A stretch of DNA of 32,000 nucleotides from Candidatus Brocadia sp. Its GTDB lineage: Bacteria; Planctomycetota; Brocadiia; Brocadiales; Brocadiaceae. The stretch's first letter is position 1; every line of letters starts with the position of its first letter. Positions 8,584 to 17,433 of the stretch are shown piece after piece. Position numbers and translations under genes: made by a program. The DNA lies in contig CP091279.1 in assembly GCA_021650915.1 (NCBI GenBank), positions 3,060,001 through 3,092,000 of the forward strand, read 5' to 3'. A model generated the notes under the pieces. The model made no database searches. It had not been told where the DNA came from and saw only the letters and a list, made by a program, of their open reading frames with translations.

Positions 8584-9948
8584 TCAAAATCTAACCGTTT
8601 CTGGTGTTTCGCACAGACTTTTTACGGCGTAGTCGAGTCTTTTTGCGGTCTTTTCCCTTCCCAAAAGCTCCATCGTTTCAAAAATACCGGCGCTCACACT
8701 TCTTCCGGTGACTGCCACCCTCATCGGCTGCGCAAGCTTGGAAAATCCAACGCCGAGCTTTTCGGTTAAAGAACGGAGGGAATCTTCTAGCGTTTTCTTA
8801 TCAAAAACATCACTTTGGGAAATAGCCGAATGCACCTCTTTTAATAATCCGCCAACCCCTTCCTTTCGGAGAAATTTATTTACGGCAGCCTGGTCGTACT
8901 CGATTGCATCGGCAAAGAAAAACCGTGTCTGGTTCAGCAAGTCCTGAAAGGTCTTGAACCGTTCGTGATGGAGTTCCACCAAACGGAACAACCATTCATC
9001 GGCGATCTTTGTCATATCAACGCCTGATTTTTCAAAAAATTTCCGAACCTCAGGCGCTAACCGTTCAGTCGGGGTATTTTTGATATATTGTCCGTTCATC
9101 CAGTCCAGTTTCGTGTTGTTGAATTGAGCGCTTGTCTTGTTGGCGCGCTTTAAGGTAAACTTCTCAATCATCTCCGGGATGGAAATGATCTCCTGATCAT
9201 TTCCGGGCGACCACCCCAGCAGGGCAAGGAAATTTACCAGAGCATGTGGTAAGTAGCCCTTGTCGCGATATTCAGTGACGGAGGTAGCTCCATGACGCTT
9301 GCTCAATCTCGACCCGTCCTCTCCCAGGATCATGGGGATATGGGCAAATTCCGGCATTTTAAATCCAAAGGCCCGGTAGAGGGCTATCTGTTTGGGAGTA
9401 TTTGATATGTGGTCATCTCCCCGGATAATATGAGTAATCCCCATCTCGGCATCATCCACAACACAGGCGAAATTGTAAGTGGGAAAGCCGTCGGCCTTGA
9501 GTATGACAAAATCCTCAATGAGGGATGTATCAAAGGTAATCGTGCCGTGGATAAGGTCGTTAATCTCTGTTATCCCATCCTGCATCTGAAACCGAATTGC
9601 CTTACGGCCTTCGGCATCGGTATCGTAAAACGCCTTCCCTTCCGCCACCAATTTTTCTGCGTATTGCCGATAGCTGGGGAGTCTTTGGCTTTGGAAATAG
9701 GGGCCTTCATCCCAGTCTAATCCGAGCCATTTCATGCTATCGAGGATGGCTTGTGTGGCCTCTTCGGTGGAACGCTGCTGATCGGTATCTTCAATGCGTA
9801 GAAGAAAAACACCCTTGCTATGTCGTGCAAAAAGCCAGTTAAAAAGCGCCGTCCGTGCCCCCCCGATGTGGAGGTAGCCCGTAGGACTGGGCGCAAAACG
9901 AACCTTAACGTGTGAACTCAAACCTTCTTCCTTAACGAGAAATTCCAT
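8584..9948 (-). CDS. gltX: glutamate--tRNA ligase
   Basis: 454 aa. Class I signatures are present: PSPTGYLHIGGARTAL (HIGH) and LSKRHG (KMSKS). Collinear with the GluRS catalytic and anticodon-binding domains. Confidence 0.95.
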   Translation of the reverse strand: MEFLVKEEGLSSHVKVRFAPSPTGYLHIGGARTALFNWLFARHSKGVFLLRIEDTDQQRSTEEATQAILDSMKWLGLDWDEGPYFQSQRLPSYRQYAEKLVAEGKAFYDTDAEGRKAIRFQMQDGITEINDLIHGTITFDTSLIEDFVILKADGFPTYNFACVVDDAEMGITHIIRGDDHISNTPKQIALYRAFGFKMPEFAHIPMILGEDGSRLSKRHGATSVTEYRDKGYLPHALVNFLALLGWSPGNDQEIISIPEMIEKFTLKRANKTSAQFNNTKLDWMNGQYIKNTPTERLAPEVRKFFEKSGVDMTKIADEWLFRLVELHHERFKTFQDLLNQTRFFFADAIEYDQAAVNKFLRKEGVGGLLKEVHSAISQSDVFDKKTLEDSLRSLTEKLGVGFSKLAQPMRVAVTGRSVSAGIFETMELLGREKTAKRLDYAVKSLCETPETVRF

Positions 9949-9965
9949 GAAATTCGTAAAGAGAT

Positions 9966-9995
9966 ATGATAACGAATCCGGAATAAAAGTGTCAA
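9966..9995 (-). promoter_or_regulatory. candidate promoter for gltX
   Basis: The minus strand reads TTGACA (9995..9990), an 18-nt spacer, then TATCAT (9971..9966), ending 18 nt upstream of the gltX ATG. That would imply a very short, SD-less leader. It is a pattern match only. Confidence 0.3.
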
Positions 9996-10033
9996 GCGAT
10001 TTATTGGTTGGCGACGGAAGGTTGGGTAAGAAC

Positions 10034-10447
10034 TCATGAAGAATTATTTTTCAGCAACGACCTTTTTGAAATCGGAGGAGTTCCCTTGGTATCAAACGAT
10101 ACACATGGCTCTACCATCGTTATGACACAAATAAGCCATTCTTTTATTCCCTCTTCTTCCTGTACTTTCCGCGCAACGTCTTCCCTGCCGATTCTGCTTG
10201 AATCCGGCGGTATTAACGGACATCCCTCTTTGTCCGGTAGCCCCCTCGCTTTATCCTTAATTTCACCTGACACTTTCTTCGTATGTTTACCAAAATCCTT
10301 AAACAACACCTTCTCCCGAAATAAATAATGATGCCTGTTGCCCTTTTGAAAAAACGACAGCAGGATATGCCCTTTGAATATCATCCGATCAAAGGTTGAT
10401 ATTGCCCCACCGATTTTGCTATCATATCTCTCCAGAAATGTCTCCAT
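10034..10447 (-). CDS. hypothetical protein, possibly an N-terminal fragment of a larger uncharacterised family
   Basis: 137-aa ORF beginning METFLERYDSKIGGAISTFDRMIFKGH and ending just after ...VITMVEPCVSFD. From memory, this start and the xEPCxSF block resemble the first third of roughly 300+ aa hypothetical proteins. Only 85 bp separate it from gltX, so no room remains for the rest. No domain is identifiable by eye. Confidence 0.4.
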   Translation of the reverse strand: METFLERYDSKIGGAISTFDRMIFKGHILLSFFQKGNRHHYLFREKVLFKDFGKHTKKVSGEIKDKARGLPDKEGCPLIPPDSSRIGREDVARKVQEEEGIKEWLICVITMVEPCVSFDTKGTPPISKRSLLKNNSS

Positions 10448-10584
10448 TGCCGTCCTCCTTTTTTGTGTACAAACCAGTGGTTATGATTCCACTTTAAGAA
10501 AATCAGATATACACTATCGAAGGACGGCTTTAAAGCTTCGGTTGCGGCAGAGCTGCTCTGGGACTGTTACCACAGGACAAACCC

Positions 10585-11268
10585 ATGTCAAAAGAAAAAA
10601 TCCTTATCGTGGATGATGAGCAAGACCTGCTAAAATTAATTCGTTATCACTTAGAAAAGGACGGCTATAAGGTACTCTGTGCCTATAACGGAGAGGATGC
10701 GTTGTTCCTGACCAGAAAAGAAAGGCCGGAGCTTGTCCTGTTAGACCTCATGTTGCCCAGAATTGATGGGCTGGAGGTATGCAAAAAGATAAAGGCAGAC
10801 CAGGAACTTGCTCATACTGCTATTGTAATGCTGACGGCAAAAGGCGATGAGTCCGACATAACCATGGGTTTAAAACTGGGCGCTGATGATTATATAACGA
10901 AACCCTTTAGTCCGAAGGAACTCGTGGCGCGTGTACAGGCAGTCCTCAGACGAACAAAAAACGCTTCGGCGGCACAAGAGTATATTACCATGGGTGATCT
11001 TACGATCGATCTGTATAAACATGAGGTAACGGTAAAGAACGAACCCATTCAACTGACTCTGACAGAATTCAAGCTCCTTCATCAGCTTGCCAGTAAGCCG
11101 GGACGGGTATTTGCCCGGGATCAATTACTCGATGCAATTTCAGGATCAGAAACCTTCGTTATTGACCGGACGATTGATGTCCATATTGCATCCCTGAGAA
11201 AAAAATTAAAGTCCTACGCAAATCGTATCACGACGATCCGGGGGATTGGGTACAAATTTAAGGAATAG
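10585..11268 (+). CDS. OmpR/PhoB-family response regulator
   Basis: 227 aa. Receiver domain (ILIVDDE..., phospho-acceptor Asp in LVLLDLMLP, TAKGDE, KPF) plus a winged-helix C-terminus ending TIRGIGYKF. Confidence 0.95.
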   Translation: MSKEKILIVDDEQDLLKLIRYHLEKDGYKVLCAYNGEDALFLTRKERPELVLLDLMLPRIDGLEVCKKIKADQELAHTAIVMLTAKGDESDITMGLKLGADDYITKPFSPKELVARVQAVLRRTKNASAAQEYITMGDLTIDLYKHEVTVKNEPIQLTLTEFKLLHQLASKPGRVFARDQLLDAISGSETFVIDRTIDVHIASLRKKLKSYANRITTIRGIGYKFKE

Positions 11269-11271
11269 CAG

Positions 11272-12699
11272 ATGTTGAAGAACAGTCTCTTTTGGAAGAT
11301 TTTTATCAGCTATGCCGGTCTCTTATGTTTCTGCCTGGCGCTCACGGGATATTTTATCAGCAAGATCATACAAGGGTACTATCTGGATCCGCTTACCAGA
11401 ACGATGGAATCCGATATGAAAACAGTTATCGGTTACCTGCTCCTGGCCCTTGCGATTACGTTGGCTATTGGCTTTGTCCTTATCAGGGCCAGTACCTTTT
11501 CCCTTGTAAAGATTACTCAAATAGCAAAGAATTTTGCGCGGGGTAATTTCGCACGAAAGGCGGAGATCTCTTCGTCGGGTGAGATGGGAGCCCTTGCAAA
11601 TGCGATCAATGTCATGGGCGTTGAACTTCAATCCCGGATGCAAGTGATCCTGGACGATAAAAACAAACTGAATGCTATTATGGCAAACATGAATGATGCG
11701 GTCATTGTCACCGACTTACAGGAAAGGATTATGCTGATTAATAATGCGGCAAAAATGATGTTTGACCTGTCGGCGGTTGTTTTGAACAGAGATTGTTTAT
11801 GGGAAAAGATAAGAAACGAGAAGCTTCATAATCTGGTCAAAGAAACCATTAAAACGCAAACGGCCCGGACGTCCGAAATCGAGATTCCTGCGCCCGGGAA
11901 AAAATTATTGCAGATTCATCTTTCCCCCCTGCAGGTTGAAAAAAACAGCCAGGGCGTTCTACTTGTATTTCACGATATTACCGAATTACGCAAGCTGGAA
12001 AATGTCCGCAGAGATTTTGTTGCCAACGTATCGCATGAATTGAGAACTCCGCTGGCTTCTATTAAGGGATATGTGGAAACCTTGCTCGAAAACGATTCTC
12101 TCAGGCAGGAAGACATACAAGAATTTCTTCGTGTTATCATGAAACATTCACAGCGGCTTGATAACCTCATCAAAGATATTTTAGAATTATCCAGACTCGA
12201 TTCGCACGATTTAAAAACAGAACTTACCCTGATGGACGTCCTTCCCTGCATCGAAAATATTTCTGCCCAGTACCAGGAACTCTGTGTGAGAAAAAATCAG
12301 ACGATTGATCTGGATATACCCCATCAGATACCCCTGATAGAAACGAATGAGTATCTTTTCCGTCAATTGCTGACCAATTTGCTTGATAACGCCGTAAAGT
12401 ACACGACATCAGGCGGTAAAATCGGCTTGAAGGTTGAACCAGTCAGCACATCCATCCGTTTTGAAATATCAGACACGGGCATTGGCATTCCCCAGGAACA
12501 CATTCCTCGTATTTTTGAGAGATTTTACCGCGTTGATCCTGCCCGATCCCGTGAAATGGGCGGGACGGGGCTGGGACTTTCTATCGTCAAGCATATCGTT
12601 CTTCTCCACCATGGACACATTCAAGTTGAAAGCACGGTAAATGCAGGAACGACATTCAGTATTACCATACCTCTGCAACAGGCAAGGCACATGGCTTAG
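11272..12699 (+). CDS. sensor histidine kinase (TM-HAMP-PAS-HisKA-HATPase_c; PhoR/WalK-like architecture)
   Basis: 475 aa. Two N-terminal hydrophobic segments are followed by a PAS-like region and the H-box FVANVSHELRTPLASIKGY. N, G1 and G2 boxes are present (LDNAVKYT, DTGIGIP, GGTGLGLSIVKH). It starts 4 nt after the regulator stop. Confidence 0.93.
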   Translation: MLKNSLFWKIFISYAGLLCFCLALTGYFISKIIQGYYLDPLTRTMESDMKTVIGYLLLALAITLAIGFVLIRASTFSLVKITQIAKNFARGNFARKAEISSSGEMGALANAINVMGVELQSRMQVILDDKNKLNAIMANMNDAVIVTDLQERIMLINNAAKMMFDLSAVVLNRDCLWEKIRNEKLHNLVKETIKTQTARTSEIEIPAPGKKLLQIHLSPLQVEKNSQGVLLVFHDITELRKLENVRRDFVANVSHELRTPLASIKGYVETLLENDSLRQEDIQEFLRVIMKHSQRLDNLIKDILELSRLDSHDLKTELTLMDVLPCIENISAQYQELCVRKNQTIDLDIPHQIPLIETNEYLFRQLLTNLLDNAVKYTTSGGKIGLKVEPVSTSIRFEISDTGIGIPQEHIPRIFERFYRVDPARSREMGGTGLGLSIVKHIVLLHHGHIQVESTVNAGTTFSITIPLQQARHMA

Positions 12700-12821
12700 A
12701 TGAGACGACCACTCTCCCACGTAAAAAGATTTCCCCGAATGTCACATAAAATTCATTTCATCTTTTTCGGATAACTGATAAACTAGCAAAAATTTTACTG
12801 TTATGATTTCAACGTATCGTT

Positions 12822-13505
12822 ATGGAATTTATCCTTCAGTTTATTGAAAGCCTGCTTTATATTCACGGAGAGGTATTTTGGCTTAAGGAATGTCTCACCG
12901 CATTCAAATCCCTATTGATTTTCCTCTTTTTCCTGTGGATTCTTAATTGGAATTCAAGGCAGGTGGTGCTCGTGTCCCTGTCTACTGTTATCGGTATCAC
13001 CTGTATTTTTTTGGGCGACCTCGGTTACTTTAGTGACAATGATGTGCTCAAGCTTATCGCGCCTATTTCTTTCTACCTTCTTGTTTACCGTAAAGATCAG
13101 CGAGATGATGTATTATTGCTTATCTTTCTTATACCATACTTTGTTACTTCCTACGAATTTTACCGGCATTTTTTGGCGACCATGCAATCGATAGGGTCGC
13201 ACGCCTTAATCATCTTTTGTATCATCCTTGTCAAGGGGAAAAAATACCTTTCTCTGCTGGTAAGCACCGCAATTGGTGTACTCATCAATTACATTGGCAA
13301 TCTTAGCCCGCCAGGAACCAATGACATCCTCATGAATCCTGCGCTTATTACTCTTATCATAAAAGGCCTTGAATTTTATACAAAAAATAACAACTATACT
13401 GCTTTTTTAAAGGCTTTTTGGGCTACGCTCCTATGCTTCGCCTTTTTTGGCAGTTGGATCTTTCACCTTATAAAACTGATCTGGCCTTTGTCCTCGAATT
13501 ATTAA
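12822..13505 (+). CDS. hypothetical polytopic membrane protein
   Basis: 227-aa ORF with about 6-7 hydrophobic segments and no family motif I recognise. There is no obvious SD. GC is markedly low (19-21 G+C per 60-nt line in hand counts). Confidence 0.55.
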   Translation: MEFILQFIESLLYIHGEVFWLKECLTAFKSLLIFLFFLWILNWNSRQVVLVSLSTVIGITCIFLGDLGYFSDNDVLKLIAPISFYLLVYRKDQRDDVLLLIFLIPYFVTSYEFYRHFLATMQSIGSHALIIFCIILVKGKKYLSLLVSTAIGVLINYIGNLSPPGTNDILMNPALITLIIKGLEFYTKNNNYTAFLKAFWATLLCFAFFGSWIFHLIKLIWPLSSNY

Positions 13506-13628
13506 ACTATGACAGTAAAAGTCCTCCCCCCGAGTATGATGATCGTTGTGATAGAAAAAGGCTGGTGAAGACGCATTTTCCTGTCCGGTTCTTTGCGGTA
13601 CGGCAGGTTGAATTCTGTTGCATTTGCC

Positions 13629-13657
13629 TTGACACAGCCGTTCTCCTTCCCTATAAT
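13629..13657 (+). promoter_or_regulatory. perfect sigma70-consensus promoter
   Basis: TTGACA (13629-13634), an exact 17-nt spacer, then TATAAT (13652-13657). It lies in the intergenic gap about 115 nt upstream of the bPH_2 ORF start. Confidence 0.55.
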
Positions 13658-13771
13658 TCAAAGGCAGACGGCATTTCCCGTTTTTAAAAATTTCGGACAA
13701 ATAATCGGTAAAAACCGGATGAAGAATATCAGCGTCCGCAGGTCATAAGAATTTCCTGCTATCAATACCAT

Positions 13772-14278
13772 ATGGTGACAAATATGCAAGCCTTACTTAA
13801 GGACGTCGCTTTCAATAAGGATACTGAAACCAAAATTGTTCATTCCTTTAAACCGAGCATCTATCAGCACTGGTTCGTATTTTTGGTTTTTTCGTTTGCC
13901 ATTTTTTTGGCATTAAGGAAATTTGGCATAACAACCATTACCGGATTGAGCATATTGTCTGTTAGCAGCCTGTTGACCCTCCATCATATTCTTTCTGTTT
14001 ACACAACCAAATATATCATCACCCATCGGGGCATTCAGTTCCGAAAAGGCCCTTTTTCAAGGGCGTTGAGAGAATTAACCTACGGTGACATTAATAATAT
14101 CTCCGTCATGCAGGGCGGCATGCAAAAGCGTTTGAAAATCGGTACCCTTACGATAAGTGCGAATCAGACCAGTCATGTGTTCCGTGGGATAAAAAATCCT
14201 CACAAAACGAAAGAACTCATCAATACGGAAAAGCACCTGGAGCATGAAAGGCGCACCTTGTTAAGAAAGATGTTATAG
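13772..14278 (+). CDS. membrane protein with bacterial PH domain (bPH_2 / YdbS-like)
   Basis: 168 aa. Two TM segments (HWFVFLVFSFAIFLAL, ITGLSILSVSSLLTLHHIL) are followed by the YxITxxGIxxRKGxFSR...I..V...QG..QR..GIGTL pattern typical of PF03703-type domains. The start may be the ATG at 13784. Confidence 0.72.
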   Translation: MVTNMQALLKDVAFNKDTETKIVHSFKPSIYQHWFVFLVFSFAIFLALRKFGITTITGLSILSVSSLLTLHHILSVYTTKYIITHRGIQFRKGPFSRALRELTYGDINNISVMQGGMQKRLKIGTLTISANQTSHVFRGIKNPHKTKELINTEKHLEHERRTLLRKML

Positions 14279-14363
14279 CCCGAAGTAAACCGTACGCGCG
14301 GCGGATATTTTAAAATGCATAGCGCAGCAAGGCCGCAACCAATTCACCGTTGTGAAAGCGGGA

Positions 14364-14454
14364 GATTGCTTCGGAAAAGGCCCCTCGCAATGACAGCGAC
14401 CATGCACTTTGATGATACACTGCACGTTGTCATTGCGAGCGAAGCGAAGCAATC
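14364..14454. repeat. nested inverted repeat (GATTGC...GCAATGAC units), REP/MITE-like element
   Basis: Arm A is GATTGCTTCG(14364-14373)...CTCGCAATGAC(14384-14394). Arm B is GTCATTGCGAG(14429-14439)...CGAAGCAATC(14445-14454). Both blocks are exact reverse complements (21 bp in total). Each arm is also internally self-complementary (ATTGC/GCAAT). Confidence 0.8.
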
Positions 14455-14602
14455 TTTCACTCATAAAAAACGGTACCTCCTGAAAGGGGTTTGTGAAAAA
14501 ACTTACAAAAAAAAGAAGCTTTTACACAGTAATATTATACTTGCAGCAAACAACCTCAACATCCCGTTGCTTCTTGCAAAGACAAGGAGAAATGAATTGT
14601 TT

Positions 14603-16015
14603 ATGAAGAAACTGTTTGTGCCTGGGGATACTTTCAGAAGATACTTTTATTTTGGAACACTTGGTATAGCAGTTTTTTTCTCTTTTCAAAGCGTTTTTTC
14701 TTCTTCCGGTGAACTACAGGATATCCCGGACAAAGAGGTCATAAAAAAGTATCAAAAAATACTCTTGCAGGACCCTTCCAATGTAAACGCACACTTTAAT
14801 CTGGGTATCCTTTATTATAAAAATAGCCGCTTTGATGAGGCCATTCGAGAGTTTAATAAGGTCATCGAAATTGACCCGAAAGACGCGGAGGCGTATTACA
14901 ACCTGGGAAACATTTATAACAGAAAGTCTCAGTATGACAACGCTATTCAGTCTTATAGAAAGGCCTTAGCTATTCGCCCGCGCGATGCCGTGGTATTCCA
15001 TAACATGGGGAATGCATATACCAATAAAGGCATGATCGGCGATGCGATTACCTCTTACCAGATGGCGATTGATATCGATCCCAACCTTGCGGAAAGCCAT
15101 AAAAATATGGCATACATTTACAAGCAAAAAGGGGAAACTTCAAAAGCCATTTCCTCGTTTGAAAAGGCAGCTACGTTCGATCCAGGAGATACCGCCCTTC
15201 TGTTTGACCTGGCTTCTGCTTATGAAGCAAACGGGGCGCAGGACAATGCCATTCTTACTTATGAAAAATTGCTGAAAGCAGACCCATCCCATAAAGAAAC
15301 GAAAAACAGACTTGCTATGCTCTATAACAATAAAGGGGTGTCATGCGCGCTTGAGGGGAAAAAGGACGATGCGATTGCTGCCTATAAAGAGGCTTTGCAG
15401 AATAAAAAGGATTTTAGTGAAGTATACAACAATCTGGGAGCCGTGTATGTCGATAAAGGAATGATCGATGATGCAATCGCTATGTATAAGAATGCGCTTA
15501 AAATCAGCCCAAATTTTGGAGAGGTTTATAATAACCTGGGCGTGGCGTATACAAAAAAAAAGGCGTATGATGATGCAGTTGCTGCATTTAAAAAGGCGCT
15601 GTCTCTGAACAAAAATCATGCTGGTGCACATTTTAACCTCGGGGTTATTTACTCTGAAAAGGGAATGGCTGAAGAAGCTATAACGGAATACAATGAGGTT
15701 TTAAAACTTACCCCGGAGGATTTTTCTGCGCTTTATAACCGCGGGGTACTTTATTTAAAGAATGGCAGGTTAGATAATGCCTCTGCAGACATGAAAAAAA
15801 TAATCGAACGCAACCCAAGGCTTGCTGCGGCTCATTACAAACTTGGCGACGTTTATCAAAAGCAGGGACACATTGATGATGCAATCGCTGAATACAAGGA
15901 GGCATTAGAAATATCGCCGGATATGAAGGATGCCTTGCAGAGCTTAGAAAATGCTTATCGGATAAAAGAACGACAGGAAAAAAAACTTATGGATGCGAGG
16001 AATGCCCCTCAGTAA
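14603..16015 (+). CDS. TPR repeat protein with N-terminal membrane anchor/signal
   Basis: The track ORF (from 14315) reads through the repeat element. The ATG at 14603 follows AAGGAG (14584-14589) and gives MKKLFVPGDTFRRYFYFGTLGIAVFFSFQSVFS. About 12 tandem 34-aa TPR units follow (A.YNLGN.Y...G..D.AI..Y..AL.I.P). Confidence 0.9.
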   Translation: MKKLFVPGDTFRRYFYFGTLGIAVFFSFQSVFSSSGELQDIPDKEVIKKYQKILLQDPSNVNAHFNLGILYYKNSRFDEAIREFNKVIEIDPKDAEAYYNLGNIYNRKSQYDNAIQSYRKALAIRPRDAVVFHNMGNAYTNKGMIGDAITSYQMAIDIDPNLAESHKNMAYIYKQKGETSKAISSFEKAATFDPGDTALLFDLASAYEANGAQDNAILTYEKLLKADPSHKETKNRLAMLYNNKGVSCALEGKKDDAIAAYKEALQNKKDFSEVYNNLGAVYVDKGMIDDAIAMYKNALKISPNFGEVYNNLGVAYTKKKAYDDAVAAFKKALSLNKNHAGAHFNLGVIYSEKGMAEEAITEYNEVLKLTPEDFSALYNRGVLYLKNGRLDNASADMKKIIERNPRLAAAHYKLGDVYQKQGHIDDAIAEYKEALEISPDMKDALQSLENAYRIKERQEKKLMDARNAPQ

Positions 16016-16041
16016 GCTGCCGCTTCGAAGATAATGTCACT

Positions 16042-17433
16042 TCATTTTCCTCTTCCGACAAGCACGACTTTTATCGTTTTCAGTAATACCACGAAATCCA
16101 GAATGAAAGACATATTTTTAATATAATAAAGATCGTATTTCAGCTTTTCCTCGGTTTGTTCTGTCGAAGATGCGTAAGAATATTTTACTTGCGCCCAGCC
16201 TGTTATGCCGGGCCTGACGGCGAGGCGCTGGGTATAAAAGGGGATTATTTCTTCAAAGTTTTTGATAAAGACGCGCCTTTCCGGCCTCGGGCCTATTAAA
16301 CTCATATCCCCCCTGATTACATTGAGCAATTGAGGAATCTCATCCAGTCGCCACTTTCTGAAAAATCTTCCGACCTTCGTAATCCGGGGATCATTATCCG
16401 ACGTATAAACGGCGCCGGTGTTTAATTCTGCATTCTCCACCATGGTGCGGAATTTTATGATCGTAAATTCTTTTCCATCTTTTCCGATGCGTTCCTGTGT
16501 ATAAAAAATCCGTCCTCTGGAATCTGTTTTTATTACTATTGCGATAATCACCATAGCGGGTATTAACAGAGCAAATAACATCAACGCAAAAAACATTTCG
16601 ATAACGGGTTTTACCAGCCTGCCATATAATTTTGGTTTACTAAGAACGACATGCAGCATCCACATATCATTAATGTGCTTAAAAGGAATCTTGCCCGTGA
16701 GCTGCTCATACAGGGTGGGCATATCGACGATTTCTATCCCGTTCCACGAACAATTGATTAATGTCTTAATAAGATCAGCATGTTTTTCGTGAGTAATAGC
16801 GTTTACGATCAGGCTAATTTCATTTTGATGAATAATCTCCGGCAATACATACCGATTCCCAAATATGGGAAACCCTTCAACGGTTTTTTTCTCGTGTAAT
16901 GGGTTATCGTCTATGAAACCTGCCACCCGCAACCCGGTTTTCTTTGCCCTGACTATTTCATGTAAAATGGTTTTTCCGGCCCATCCGGCGCCTACGATTA
17001 AAACAGTTCTCTTAAAAATCGGCTGATCCAGGAGATAGCTGTATCCAATCCTCCACCCGATAATGAAAAAAGTAACGAATGCGCCATTGAGGATAAATAC
17101 GCCCCTTCCTATTCGGAGTGACCAGTTTATGTAAAAGAAAAAGGTTGTAATAAAAAAGGCATTGGCAGATGCAAAGACGATGCTGATGATATTTCTGGCA
17201 GCCTTAAAATTCTTTTGGGTATCGTAAAGTTCGGTAAAAAAGAAGGTAAAAATGAAGATAAAGCCCGTTAGTATAAACGATGCAGGATTATTCCTTATAT
17301 AGTCCCATCCGTCATTCACGCCCAAGCGGAGTATTGCGGATAAGAAGACCGACCCATTTACCATTAGCAGATCACCTGCAATGAGGAGAATCAGCCGTTT
17401 TGATATCGGGTAATTAAAGTTCTTGATTGTCAT
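16042..17433 (-). CDS. polyprenyl glycosylphosphotransferase (WbaP/exopolysaccharide-initiating sugar transferase)
   Basis: 463 aa. It has N-terminal TM helices, a Rossmann-like VLIVGAGWAGKTI segment and a C-terminal bacterial sugar-transferase domain (RFFRKWRLDEIPQLLNVIRGDMSLIGPRP...RPGITGWAQV). Confidence 0.92.
   Translation of the reverse strand: MTIKNFNYPISKRLILLIAGDLLMVNGSVFLSAILRLGVNDGWDYIRNNPASFILTGFIFIFTFFFTELYDTQKNFKAARNIISIVFASANAFFITTFFFYINWSLRIGRGVFILNGAFVTFFIIGWRIGYSYLLDQPIFKRTVLIVGAGWAGKTILHEIVRAKKTGLRVAGFIDDNPLHEKKTVEGFPIFGNRYVLPEIIHQNEISLIVNAITHEKHADLIKTLINCSWNGIEIVDMPTLYEQLTGKIPFKHINDMWMLHVVLSKPKLYGRLVKPVIEMFFALMLFALLIPAMVIIAIVIKTDSRGRIFYTQERIGKDGKEFTIIKFRTMVENAELNTGAVYTSDNDPRITKVGRFFRKWRLDEIPQLLNVIRGDMSLIGPRPERRVFIKNFEEIIPFYTQRLAVRPGITGWAQVKYSYASSTEQTEEKLKYDLYYIKNMSFILDFVVLLKTIKVVLVGRGK

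Noticed and set aside
13418-13700. Two overlapping 89-aa ORFs (both strands) in the 13.5-13.77 kb gap
   Set aside because: They have no SD and no recognisable motif, they overlap each other, and they span the consensus promoter. Chance ORFs are more likely.
14315-14602. N-terminal 96 aa of the 566-aa TPR track ORF, and the antisense 63-aa ORF 14273..14464
   Set aside because: Both are translations of the inverted-repeat element (VIASEAKQS / LLRFARNDN). The real TPR protein starts at 14603 with an SD and a hydrophobic anchor.
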